64,000 nucleotides of DNA from Chlorokybus atmophyticus (GCA_009103225.1 RHPI01000585.1:248001-312000), one strand, 5' to 3'. Counted from the first letter of the stretch, positions 35,827 through 48,699 are shown. The notes: a model not told the origin generated them from the letters alone. Made by a program: numbers and translations.

Positions 35827-38650
35827 TAGTGAGGTTGCACAATAGCAACAACAATAAGCACAAGTGTGGAGCTGACAATACAGCAGAGAGGATCTTACAA
35901 TATAGCACAATACACAGTCTCTTATATAGTACACTAGTGAGTGCTAGTGAACACTAGTCAACGCTAGTAAAAGTCAATACTAGTCAACACTAGACAACGG
36001 TTGAAGTCAAAGTCTATGGTCAAAATTAAAGGTCGATGTCAACGTTGACCATAGTGGACTGAAACTCCAATTGACCGTAACTCCCAAGGTGAAGATGATT
36101 GTAGAAGTTTAGCTAAGGCGCCTAACAAAGTACCTTTAACACTCCCATGCGAGCATCTTTAGCCTTCAACTCCGAGCCCCTAGCAACAAGTTTGGAACTT
36201 GGTTGGTGGTAGTGGTTTGGTTATGCAGTCGGCGAGCATGTCCTCCATGCTGCAGTACCTGAACTCTACCTCGCCTCGTGCAACTCTCTCTTCCACCAAG
36301 TGGTGCATGATATCGATGTGCTTCGGCCTGGCAGATGTGATGGGGTGCATTCTTAGCTTGAGCGCTCCTTGGTTTGTCAAACATGATTGTGACACGGCTC
36401 AATGCATGTCTCAAGTCAATGACCGACTTGCGAAGCAATAATACTTCCTGCACATCAGATGAAGCCGCCATGTACTCGGCCTCAGTGGTTGATGCAGCAG
36501 CTGTTAATTGTAGTCGGCTGTTCCAATTGACAACGCCTCCTCCCATCAGGAAAGTGTATCTTGTGGTAGGCCTCCTCGTGTCGAGGTCCCCCGCATAGTC
36601 CGCAACGCAATAACCATGTACTGTGATGTCCTCTGTCCTCCCCAAAATAATGCCCACATCCAGGGTGCTACCATGGTAGCAAAGAACTCCATTTGCTGCC
36701 TTCCAGTGCTCCATGGTTGGTGCTGACATGTGTCTCACTAAGACTCCCACGGCTTGTGCGATGTCAGGCCCCATGTTGATGGACAAGTAGATGAGCTCCC
36801 AACCAGCTCACCATATGAATATGTAGCCTTCTCAAGCACTGCCGTAGTGTCTTGTGCCTTCCGTAGATGTACTCCCACGCTCAGTGGTGTTGCCTTGCCC
36901 TTGGCACTTTCCAACTTAAACTTCTTGAGCACAACCGAGACCATCTGCTTCTGAGTGATTTTGATTATCCTTGCAACTTTGTCTCTACTGATGACAATGC
37001 CAAAAAACAGGCGTGCATTGCCAAGATCTCGAATCTTAAAAGCAGAATGCAGCGTCACCTTGATATGTGACATTGCTGCAATGTCATGTGATGCTAAGAT
37101 ACTGTCGTCCACGTACACCAGCAACCACACTTGGCCGTCTTTACTGATAAAGAGCCCAGACCGCCCATCTACTCTAGCTCCTTACTGAGCCATATGTGCC
37201 AGACTCTTCGCGCTTGCCTAAGCCCAAAAAGAGCCTTGTATAGCAAGCAAGCCTTGTGTAGCAAGCAAGCCATGCTTGAGCCTCCCTCCTCAAAACCTGA
37301 AGGCTGTTGCACGTAGATTTGCTCATTAAGCTCTCCATATAGAGAAGCAGTCTACACGTTCAGGTGGTGCAGCTTGAAGTCCTCTACAGCAACCTTTGCA
37401 AACAGTGCCATGAAGGTTGTGTGCTTACTAGCAGGCGCAAACACCTCTTTGTAGTTAATGCCCTCCTTTATAGGAAGACCTTTGCCACAAATCGCGCCTT
37501 ATAGCGCTCACTGTTGCCGTTGCCATTACGCTTGATCTTATACACCTACTTGACAAGTTTCACAAGGCGTCAAGCCCATGTACCTTGTGGAACCTAATTA
37601 AATACCCAAGGTAGCGTGTAGCGAAGCAATCTCCTCATCCATGGCCTTACGCCACACCTCTGCGTCTGAAGCTGTAATGGCCTCTTTGTAGGTGCATGGC
37701 TCCTTCTTCTCAGTGGTTTGAGCACTCATGGCCTGAAAACTTTGGTACAATTGTGTGTGGCGCTATGTTTCTCACAAGGTAGCGTCTCCTGCTCATCCAC
37801 AGATGCAATCTTATCCTCCTCTAGATGTGGCGAATCGCCAAAGACCTCCACATCGACAGGTGGTGCGGTGATGACGTCCGGCTTATCAGCAATGTCCATG
37901 GTTGTAAATAGTGTTGGTGGTGAAGTTGCCACCATATTCTCGTCGAAGACAACATCCCCCCGAACCATAATCTTCTTGTTGTCCTCAAGCAAGATCCTGT
38001 ATGCCTTGAGGTTTGGCTCGTACCTCACGAAGATGCCTGTCTCCCTTACATTCTCAAGCTTTTCCTCAGTTGCTTGGGGATGTATGGATACGCCTTGGCT
38101 CCAAACACACGCATGTGCGTCACATTAGGCTTCTCACCATAGTCACAACTCCCACGGGGTCTTGGCTTTGTTGCTCGTAGGGGCCCTTTTGCGAATGTAG
38201 TTGGCCGTGGCCAACGCCTCCGCCCACAAAGCTTTGTCCAATGTTGTATCTATAAGCATGGCAAGCGCTCCACAATCGTGCGGTTAAGACGCTCTGCAGC
38301 ACCGTTTTGCTTAGGGGTGTAGGGTGCAGTAGTCTCATGCTTGATGCCATGCTCATTCAGGTGATTTTTTTTTAGGTGTGGTTGAGGTACTCAGAGCCCC
38401 GATAACTTCTCAACGCCAATACCTTTATCTTTGCTTGTGTAGCCAGCTAAGCCAGTGTCCTCTGGACTACAGCAGCAACATCCAACTTCGCAGCAACTGG
38501 AATGATAGCAGACAGTTTGCTGAAGTCATTAAAGAAAGTGGCAACATACCAACTCCCTCCAGTGGACGCAACTGGCATGGGATTGCACACATCTATGTGC
38601 ACGAGCTGCAAGGGTGCTATATTAATGCGGGAAGAGGTAGGAAAAGGCTG
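35827..38650 (-). mobile_element. Ty1/copia family A, copy 2 (IN-RT-RH-3'LTR; 5' part missing)
   Basis: LTR 36141-35827; the ORF remnants closely parallel copy 1 (WLLVYVDDSILAS, KHIDIMHHLVEE, LVHIDVC). Truncated at a family C LTR. Confidence 0.93.
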
Positions 38651-39027
38651 GTTAAACATACGAGGTTTGCTAGTATGTGATGCTTATAGTATAGTCAGCT
38701 TGTTGATGTTACGTAGACCATGTAACCCGGCTATGCTGTGGGATTTACAGTCAACACGAATTATGGGAGTTATGGGTGTTATAACAGTTATGGTCAACTT
38801 TGACTTTTATTGCTGAGTAGTGTTAACTTCGACCAACTTGTTTGGATTAACTAGTTCTTGCTGGTGTTGACTAGCTTAATATATAAGTCACTATATGTGG
38901 CGCATATAGGGGGAATTGCCATAGGAACATACTTCTCTTTGTTGTTAACATGCTATTGCACTTGTTATTCCCCCAATGTGAGCACATGTATGAAGTAGGG
39001 CGCATACATGCACATCAGTTCTTAACA
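38650..39027 (+). mobile_element. Copia family C LTR (5' end clipped)
   Basis: Homologous to 32157-32514 and 33121-33497; ends TTCTTAACA. Confidence 0.85.
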
Positions 39028-39959
39028 GTTTGTGCTTCTTTTTGTACATCATGTTGAATACAATAATAGCGGTGTTGAGGTACAGCATAGTGCGTGAGTG
39101 TGTATCTGTTACATACTAAGCAATATGTCGCTCAGTTGGCTGTTGCTGCAGTTGCCACCTGCTTGGCAATGGGTGGTCTTTTAGTTGTTACACGCAAAAT
39201 CTCTTTTGCACACGTGCGTTGTGACTATGTATACAATGTAGCTTCAAGTATGCATGCCGTTGCTCCTTGATTTCGTTGAGGCATTCCTGACGTTTTTGTG
39301 CCAGCTGTGCATCCTTTCAATGCTTTCTCTCATTGTTATTAGTGATGAGTCAAGCGTCAACACTCACTTGTGTAAGTATGGATGCGTATGCAATCACCCC
39401 TGCACCCCAAATCAAGTAATAAGCGCAATACAACAATCCGCAACTACATTCATCTTGCATGTTTCTCTTTGCGCCTTGCTACCCCATTAACAACCTCCAA
39501 ATGCACTACCACATTAATAAAGCACTGCACGCTTCGCACCCACCATAAGCTCTGCATTCCTCTGAGCTACAACCTCAATGTGCGCTATTTGCGTGTTTAA
39601 TACATCATTGGTTTATCAAAGCGCCTATCATCAAGCAGATTGTACATTCTTACTTTCACACAACATTACTCGCGCTCAGCTACGACTTTAGCCAATGCAA
39701 TATACAGATCTTGCATTTCAATGCCAATTGCTCGTTGCGCTACTGCAAAGCCAATGTACGCTATTGCGTGACTAATTCATGCTCCTACAAACTTTTCAAC
39801 CAATCATGCTAAAATTTGCAACTTCAAAAACCTCCCAACCTTCCATTACTTTACCTCAACTTCTCGCACGTAATATATAAGCGTTTAACGGCTCAACAAA
39901 TCATCCCATATTGGACCCACCGGTGCTATTGTTTAAGTTGGAGGGCACTGGGCAATGAG

Positions 39960-40720
39960 CTGAGGCAATACAGCACATTAATGAAGTAAGCGAGGAGCAA
40001 GAGCTGCTTCTTATTCCTCTTGCCATCGAGACAACAACCCAGTTGCGCGCACACTATTGGGTACAGCATGCTCTTAGCAAGGTCCCAATATGGGTACTCA
40101 GCCTTGTCAGATACTGTTTAAACCATTGCTTCAACGAGGTACGTGCCGAGTGCTAATTGAATAGACTCGGGCTTTTATTGCTAAGCCCGTACTTGGTGAC
40201 ACATCGTTTCACCATTTGTCCTTAACTAGTCGTAATCATGTGTGCTTCGCTGTTATGCTCTACCACCATGCTAAGAATCATCTTAATCTCCCCGAGGTTG
40301 CGCAATGCAAATGCTTACTGGAATCCGTGCTTTGTCTCCTTCAGGTCTTACCTTGCTTGGTCATAATGATGAGGTCGACCACATACACGAGCAAGTAAAC
40401 CTTCTTCTCTTCATGATTAAAGAGCCCCGCAATTTTTGAGGATGCATTATAACTGAGTTTCTCCAACTTTGCTATGAGGCAAATGTGCCACAAATGTGGT
40501 GCTTATTGCAGCCCAAACGAAGTCTTTACAAAATTGCAAACCATGCCTGGCTCCCCTTCTACATGGCCTAATGGTTGCTTAGTGTGGATCTCTTTCTCTA
40601 GCTCACATAAGAGAAAGCAGTTTGCACCAAATTGGTGACCCACCGTCTTGATCGACAACCATGGTAACTAATGTGCAGAAGGTTGCATACTTACAGGTGC
40701 AAATACTTTCTCAAAATCTT
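39960..40720 (-). mobile_element. Old Ty1/copia RT remnant (separate lineage)
   Basis: DFEKVFAPV, ELEKEIHTKQPLG.EGEPGMVCNFVKTSFGL, YLLVYVVDLII, LGEIKMIL and YPYWDLAKSMLY occur in order. Confidence 0.8.
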
Positions 40721-40722
40721 GT

Positions 40723-40922
40723 GAGTTCATGAAGCGCATGAAATGCGCGCCCATGAACTCAAGAACTCGTTGCTGAGTTATGAGACACTTGTGCCCCTAA
40801 TGCCTTGGGCACTTGGGGGCACAAGCACTTATTGGGCGTGAGTTGCGAGTCTCAAGCTCCTTACCACGTCGCTTAAAACCCTAGCATGTCGGCGCCATCC
40901 TTGGTGTGGGTGGCGAGTGTGG
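40723..40922 (+). mobile_element. Isolated DIRS A repeat
   Basis: GAGTTCATGAAGCGCATGAAATGCGCGCCCATGAACTC...GGCGAGTGTGG, homologous to 24920-25110 and 29700-29900. Confidence 0.9.
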
Positions 40923-41507
40923 TGCGCTTCAACTCACATACATATTATATGCGACACACAGCTCGTGCTGGGGGGTCGCTATGGGTCAATAGCACGGTGG
41001 CTATGCCCAGCACCCAAGTGCATTACACTACAAATGTGCAGTGTATAGATGCAGGCTGATGTACTCACAAGTCTGCACTAGGGTGCTAGGCTACAACTAT
41101 GAGAACTTTTTCTTCACGTTAGGTGCGAAAGTCACGCGCTTTTTCGGTCTTCGACATAGTGATGGCACCATCGTTGTTGATGCAGAGATCGAAGCCTAGA
41201 AAGCCTGTATACACCCGCTTAGTAAACCACACTCGCCACCCACGGCAAGGATGGCACCGCCGTGCTAGGGTTTCGTGCAACTAAGTAAGGAGCTTGTGAC
41301 TTAGCACTCACTCTAGTGAGTGCTTGTGCCCCCAAGTGCTTAGGGCACTAAGGGCACAAGAGTCTCATAACTCATCAACGAGTTCTTGAGTTCACGGGTG
41401 CGCATGTCATGCGCTTCATGAACTCATATAACTCACACACGAGTTATATGCGACATACAGCTCATGCTGGGGGGTCGCTATGGGTCAATAGATGGATAAA
41501 AATAGTT

Positions 41508-42492
41508 TCAGCGCGTACCACCTAAGCCGAGGCTCCTCGTTAGAGTGTGCAACTCAGGCAACGCAGCGCGCACATAGCCCTCAGCTGCATTAGAAGACTT
41601 CCAATGCCCGAATTGCTGCCACAAGTGCTGGGGCACACCAGCTTTCGCGGTTTGGGTCGCAGCTCTCGAATGGGCAGAGTATGTGCCAAAGCGCGTGGGG
41701 TCCTCCCCTACCGCCTTAATGCCTGCCTTCTTCCTACCAAGAATGGTGCCATATGGTACCACGGTGTTGCGTATGACGCACGTTCCCCCCGCTCGTATAA
41801 TGGAGCGCAGCAACTTGCCCGGACCCGCGTGCCGATATCCCGAGGCAAATAACAACTTTTTGGTGTGCATCACAAGGCACAAATCACCGCCCACAGCAGC
41901 TATATGCACTATGGCGCCCATACCGTGTTGATCGGTTTTGCTGCGCGGGATGATGAGATCCATGTGGCCTGGGCGAAACAATGTCCTCCGCATTGACCTT
42001 CGCTAGGTTGGAATATCGCATCATACCTGCAAATTGCAACAGCACCGCCACCGTTTGCAACCTGGCCACCAAGTCCCACCCGTTGCAAGCAAAGTGCGAG
42101 ACCATGGCTCGCAAGTGCTCAGGCGCGCAGGCGTCCTTCTTCCGCATGTTCAATGGGAGCAGCCTGGCAGCGACCTCACGCACCACAGAAACAAGTGCAT
42201 GCGCAATGGGAGAGGCCTGGCCTACCATGGTATGCGCAGCATGTATGGCCAAAGAGGCATGTTTCACAGGTGCCGGGGTGGTGGAATCCACCAACACCTT
42301 GGTCAGGAAAAGGGCCACTATGCCAGGGTTTGCTGGTAGGGCAGCCCAACCATGAGGCGTGCAGAACTCCACAAAGCGGCGCCAGTAGCCCTCATGGCCG
42401 CGGAGGGTGCTAGTAGCGCGTGACGCCGTGGCCATTGTCGGGTATAAGGTGCGCAGGCGCTCAATCTCATAGTCTCCAAGGACGTTGGGCAT
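41508..42492 (-). pseudogene. Tyrosine recombinase of DIRS copy 2 (one frameshift near 41990)
   Basis: GMMRYS (R), SKTDQ (K), GTYSAHS (degenerate HxxR; copy 1 has HSAR), GHWKS (H/W) and GYV (Y). Confidence 0.88.
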
Positions 42493-44648
42493 GAGCGACT
42501 ATAGGCTACGCTTAATAGCAGATGTAGACAGCATGTATCAATGGTCAGGACGCAAGTCAATCCGCAATGCCCACATGCGACTATTAGGCAAGCCCTCTTG
42601 AAGTTCCGTGGCTTGAGGGCTAGGCCACAAGCAGGCTGGGCTTCTGGGTAGGCTTACAACATATGCGACAAATGGTGCCCACACCGCCGGGGCCGAGCAC
42701 GGGCCACCAACATTGGGTTGTCCACTCGGGCACAATGAGGCACATGCGAGCCTTGCATTCGCGGGCATGGAGCAGGACAGTGCCAACACGGTGTGGTGGG
42801 GGATGGCACCAGTTGTTGCCACCACTCCAGTCAGAGTGAAAGGGATTGTCGGATGAGCTCGGACATGATAACGCCGAGTTGAAGGCCACACACACAATAG
42901 TGGCATCCGTGGCGGAGCGGTCTACATCAATAGGGCCCCACTTGCGAGCAAGCGGACCCATGGGGTTTGCAAGGTCCAACCGTTCCGATCCGGTGCTTTG
43001 GAGAGCGCGTCCGCCTCCTCATGGAGCTCACGTGGTAACCACTCCACATGCAAGCGGATGCAATGCCGGTGGAAATGTAAGAAAATACGGCATGCCACTT
43101 GCTGCAAGTGCTCGGCCTCACAGCCCCCTTTGCGCATAATGTAGTACACATTGCGGGCATCGCCATGGCACAGCACCGTGCGTCCATGTAGCTCTTCCTC
43201 CACAGTGAGTAAGGCACGCTCAAGCCCGAGTAGCTCGCGATATGTTGATGAAGTCAAGCACTCGTCCGGTGTGAATGTGCCTTTCGCCACGGGGGTATGC
43301 TGAATCTGCTTTCACCACGGCCAGGGTGGAGGCATGCGCAGCCTTGGAGCGAGCATCAAATAGGAAATCGCCAATGTATGGCAGGACGCGGATGCCTTGT
43401 ACACGCCAATAGCGCACCAATTGCTTTATCACCTTGGTGAATACGAAGCAAGCTGTGCTCAACTCAAACGGCAACGACTAAAAGTTGTACACTTTGCCCG
43501 CAAATGAGAACCCCAAGTAGCCCTAGAAGGCGGGGTGTATGTCTACATGATGGTATCCGGACTGCAAGTCCGTGGAGAACAACCAGTCCTCAGGCTGCAA
43601 GTCTGGAATGCCGCGCACATCCTTATACTTGAACGATGTGTTCACGAAATAGGAGTTAACGCAAGTCCATGATGAGGCGCAGCTTGCGGCCATCACTGAC
43701 CACGTTAAGTGGGCTCACCACGAGGGGAGGGGGGGGTCACACACTCTTGTGCGGCCCCACTATGCACTAGGTTGGCGATGGCAGCCGCAGTGAAGTCCGT
43801 AAACTCATGCACACCATTGTGGTTGGTGAATGCCCAGTCGGGGGGTGGGTCAGTCGCCCATGGTAGCTTGTACCCGTACTCCACCCCCGAGAGCACCATG
43901 GTGGACTCACAAAATTGCTGCCATGCTGGCAGGGCCCCCCATAAGCGGTGCCTCATGTATGGGCCTTCCACCACCAAATTGCTAGGTGCTCGTGCAAAGT
44001 CATGGTGTTTCCTCCAGTCCTCCACCAACTCCGACTCAATTGATGTGCAGTTAAGTGCCACCGTGCACGCTGCCGCCGTTTCTGCACCCCGTCTGTCCAA
44101 GAAGTGAGTGCATGCACTCTTATCTTGGCACGGTCATTTTTAATTAAAACGATGTCCGATGGGGACGTTTAAGGTGTCAAAAGAAAACGTTTTTGAGCGC
44201 TGAAGCCCAGGAGCCAAATGTAAAAAGGCTTTCGTCTGGTCGGTGCCTCAAACGAAAGTTATGAGCCAAACAAGTTGCAACCATAGCAAACCTTGTTCAA
44301 ATTGCATGTTCTTGGGCTCTACTTGAGCGTCACTGTGTCATAATTATGAAATCAAAGCTTTAATCCATTTGAGGGTCATTTAAGACGTCAAAAGCAAGTA
44401 CAGGCAATATATGCGCGCAAGTGTAAAGCTACTAGGCTGTCACAACACAGCTACGGGGCTACTATGTGAGCAAATGGTCCCCACGCCCTGCAGGCTCACG
44501 GCAACATGCACGCAGGTGCCTAGGCTTCCCATAGATGTAGCAGATGCGGACATCCCGCTAGCCCCCAGTAGAAGCTGCTTGAGACTGCTTAGGAGCGGTT
44601 CGGTAACTGGTCTGCCCCGCACCCCATGCATAGGACCCAAAGTAGCGC

Positions 44649-44688
44649 GGGGGGGGGGGGGGGGGGGGGGNGGGGGGGGGGGGGGGGG
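44649..44688. repeat. Poly-G tract (with N)
   Basis: Seen directly, inside DIRS copy 2. Confidence 0.9.
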
Positions 44689-45114
44689 TCTTACTGGCCC
44701 CGCCCCTTGTTGGGGTAGTAGGCAGGCTTTGCCTTGGGCTTTGGCTGCGCCGCAGCCACATCCTTCAACGCCTTCTTCGGGCGCTTTGCCTCATCATCAT
44801 CCACGGCGAGGGGGTTGCGCACCAGCTTGTCTACAACCTTCCAATCATGCTTGTTGGCCACTTCCACATAGTGGAATTGCTTACACACCTCATCCAATGC
44901 TGCGCCCAGAGCACACATGAGCAACACGCGTTGCATGTTTCTACGGGCTTAAAGCCACCGCATCTAGCGCCAAGCGCACCCCCAATCCATTCCCATACCT
45001 ATCATGTGCAAATGCGCATGCAAATGCAGATGTTGTGCCCTGTTGTGCTTGTTCCCTTGCTGTGGGGTAGTCGGAATGTGAATACAGAGGTTAACATACA
45101 ATGGTGTTAAGTGC

Positions 45115-45116
<2 letters not shown>

Positions 45117-45195
<79 letters not shown>
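45117..45195. repeat. 79-nt poly-C tract followed by N
   Basis: Seen directly, inside the DIRS copy 2 gag region. Confidence 0.9.
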
Positions 45196-46212
45196 NTAAG
45201 GCCCATGATGCACGCATGTGCAAGCGTGCGTGGGCGAAGTCCACACCCACATGATCATGTGCCTACATGTGCATATGGCGGTGCTCAATAAAGAATGAGC
45301 CCACCTGTCATGTTCTCCTTTCGGCCTTTGGCGAAGTGGGGTCCCTCGGCAAGGTGCGTGGGCACTCGGGCGACGGAGGACGCCGCCGAGCCGAGACGAG
45401 CCGCCACCTCGAGGTGTTGTCGAGCCCGCTTCTTCAAATTCTCCTTTCAAGGGGTAACGGGCTCGCTGAAGCGGGTGGCCATGGCTCCCACTCGAGCATT
45501 GGGGTTGGTGGAGTCGCCGAAGGATGTCGCGACGAAGGATGCTCACAAGTAGGGGGTGGTTGAGCTCGTCACCGGGCTCATTACGAGGGATGGCGGGCGC
45601 CTTTCCACACTTTAAGCAAATGTTTTCCGCCTCCAACACCTCCAACCTCCTCGCCATGTCCTCCACGGACATCATGGACGGGGTGGTAGAGCGTCTTGGA
45701 CTTGGAGCCCGCTTTTGGCGCTTTGGGCGAAAGTTCTCGTTCGACTCCTTAGCGGACTCCTCATCCTCACCTCCACCACCACCCTCCTTACTCACCTCCT
45801 CTTCTCTCCCACCGCCGGCGGGGCGCACCTCTCCCTCCTCTCTCTCCTTCCTTCCCTCCTCCACCTTTTGACGCGGACTCTTAGGCCGCGACAAGCGATT
45901 GGCGACTAGCAACGCCGCCGCGGCCGTGGCCGCCACCTCCTCTCCATCATAGTGGGCACTCGCTTGTGACCGTGTGACCATGGTGGAGGGCCGCCTCCGT
46001 CCACACCTTCTCCCCACACTCGCCACCCACGCCAAGGATGGCGCCGCCGTGCTAGGGTTCCAAGCGACTAGATAAGAAGCTTGTGATCCACAACTCACTC
46101 TGGTGAGTGCTTGTGCCCCCAAGTGCCTAGGGCACTAGGGGCACAAGAGTCTCATAACTCACTAACGAGTTTTTGAGTTCATGGGCGCGCATTGCATGCG
46201 CTTCATGAACTC

Positions 46213-47190
46213 GTATGACGTGAGCAAACTCATGGTGCTTCATTCAGCCATGAACAAGGTCCTCCTCCATGCTAGTATAGCCACTGCACACGACTACGAA
46301 GCTTCATCAACAATGGAGCTCAGCAAGAGCCTCAACGGCATATCAACCGTAAAACGGCCACAACTTATGCAAACAGTGTACAAATTATTTTTTATTTTGC
46401 TCAGCACAACACTCTCAGCGTTATTGTGATGGTCGTAACTTATTTAAGAATGTTCAAAGACCCCCAGCAAAAGTTATGAGCAAAATGGCGAGTCTCACGT
46501 AGTGGATTACGAATCCAACACTTTTATTCACCTTGCTTGCAGTTTAATTCACCAAAGCAACAGTCGTGAACGCAGAAAAGTGCCCCACCGGGCTATAGCA
46601 TCAACGAGTGCAAGTGTACAGCTACTAAGCTGTCACAATAGCTACAGTGCTGCGCTACTAAACTAGTGGCCGCCACATCTTGCTGAGGGCTTACAGCAAT
46701 AGGCACGAAGGGCCCCGGCTCCCCACAGTTGTAGCAAGTGCGCGAGTCGCGCTGGCCCTCCATGGATGCGGCCTGAGACTGCATAAGAGCAGTCCTGTGT
46801 CTTGTATGCCCCACATCAGATGCATATGACCCGAAGTAGCGGGGGGGGGAGGGGGGGTAACGGCCCCGCTCCTTGTCGGGAGTGTAGGCCACCTTCGCCT
46901 TGGGCTTGGGCTGCGCCGCAGCCGCCTCCTTAATTGCCTTTTTAAGGCGCTTTGCCTCTGCATTGTTTGTAGCTAGAGGGTCTTTCGTGAGCTCCTCCAC
47001 CACCTTCCAACTACGCTTGTTGACAACTTGAACATGGTGGAACTGCTGGCACACCTCGTCCAATGCTGGTGCACAGAGCAGATGTGAGCAACGTTGGTTG
47101 CGGGCATTCATGCATAGGCTTAAAGCCCCTGGGTTTAGCGCCAGGTGCACCCACATTAACATCACCATCTCCCACATGCAAATCATCGAC
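46213..47190 (-). mobile_element. DIRS fragment (gag C-terminus, CCHC, spacer, pol start), abutting the 5' end of copy 2
   Basis: ALDEVCQQFHHVQVVNKRSWKVVEELTKDPLA..AKRLKKAIKEAAAAQPKPKAK and RTCYNCGEPG; the spacer aligns with 25900-26280 of copy 1. Confidence 0.88.
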
Positions 47191-48699
47191 CATATGCAAA
47201 ACCCCGCAATATAGCCCTAGGGAAAGCCGTTTGTGACTCGCAAACGGCTTGCCCCAATGTATGATGCAGAAATATAACATATAAACCATAAGCAAAAATA
47301 GGTATTTTATTTTATGTGATCGCTTTTGCAAGCAGCCTTGCAAAAGTTTTGCCGTAAAATTAGAGTGGTTACGGCAAGCTTACGGCCATTTCTCGTGTTC
47401 AACCCAAAGCAAAAAGTTGTTGTAACGTTTTTCATCACACCCCAACGTTTGGTAGTGTGCAAACGCACCCATACGCATGCGTTACCCGGCGAGGCTTGAT
47501 GCAACATTGACATCAATGTTGCATCAAGCCTCGCCGGGTAACGCATCCGTATGGGTGCGTTTACACAACTACCACGTACTGAGGGATGCTGGCAGCATTA
47601 ACGTTGCAATGAGGTGAGTGTTCCAAATGAAGTTTTTAATTGGCCGTTGTAGCTTGATTACAGTTGTGCGTACGATACCTTTCTCTACATGAGTATGATC
47701 TTTCGACAATTGCATAATGCAACTTTTAAAGTTTAAAATACCTGCGCCTGTCCATGGAGGTATTTCGCAAATCAAAGGAGGTATTTTGCGGCTCCTAGGC
47801 CGAAATACCAGCTAGCAGACGCACCGTTCGATTGGTGGTATTATACTATCTTTTGCATACAAACTCACGCAACGCCAGCAGCCAAAGCGTTAACCTTTGC
47901 AGCTAAGACAAAGCTAATAGTCAGGGGTGCTTGGGCATTAGGCAAGAGATCGAGCGGTTGCAGATGAACGTAAGAACTACCAACGGCTAAAGCAAGACAA
48001 GGCTCGACAAAACATTATTGGTGTTCTTCACTTTAAATGAGCTTTGTGCGTGCGCCTAATTGAGTATCAACCAGCTTCTCGTGCTGACACATATTCATGT
48101 GTTTGTTGTAAGCAGGTGTTGTTGCTGTTTCTTATTTTGTGGTAAAATCTAAGTAAGTTTTGTGTTTGGCCTCGCCACTGAAGGCGAGTACCGGTTGTCA
48201 TGCTGACACATGTTTATGTGCCAATTGTCGGTGGTGTGCTATACTACTTATTACACTCTCTTGACTATGCCGGTTATACCAAGTGTGCTGCACTGCTCCA
48301 ACCTACTCCAAGTGAGCTTTGTGTGCGGTCGTGTGTTAATGATGTACAGCGGCTTATGTTAATGCATGTTCATCTGGCAGTTGCAATAGATTTGCGCAGC
48401 AGTTGTGACATCTTGGCCTATCACTACTGCTGCTCAGCACTTATGGTGAGCTTCATGTTCAGGGCATTCACTTGTATCCACTGACATCCGTGTCTTATAG
48501 TGTTTGTTGCTGATGCGGATGTCAGAGTCTCAAGAGGTCCAGGCAATGTTTGAGAAGATTGTGGCTGGTGTTGGTTCAATTGCCAGGTTGGGCGATGCTT
48601 TCCGCCCGAGACGCTTCAATTGTTATGGCTTCAGAGGTCCTTGCATTTAGCACTGACATTGCAACATCAGCAATATCTTGAATGTATGCGCGTCCCGCC

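Larger units (their letters stand above)
40931..46212 (-). mobile_element. DIRS/PAT-like YR retrotransposon, copy 2 (most complete)
   Basis: A1 46212-46020; gag-like ORFs 46122-44690; RT 44100-43290; RH 43290-42922; MT 42979-42620; YR 42492-41508; B1 ~41495-41430; A2 41430-41220; C; B2 ~41000-40931. Confidence 0.95.

Noticed and set aside
45091-46122. 343-aa ORF with poly-Gly
   Set aside because: Poly-Gly comes from the homopolymer/N tract; the region is DIRS gag, not a host gene.
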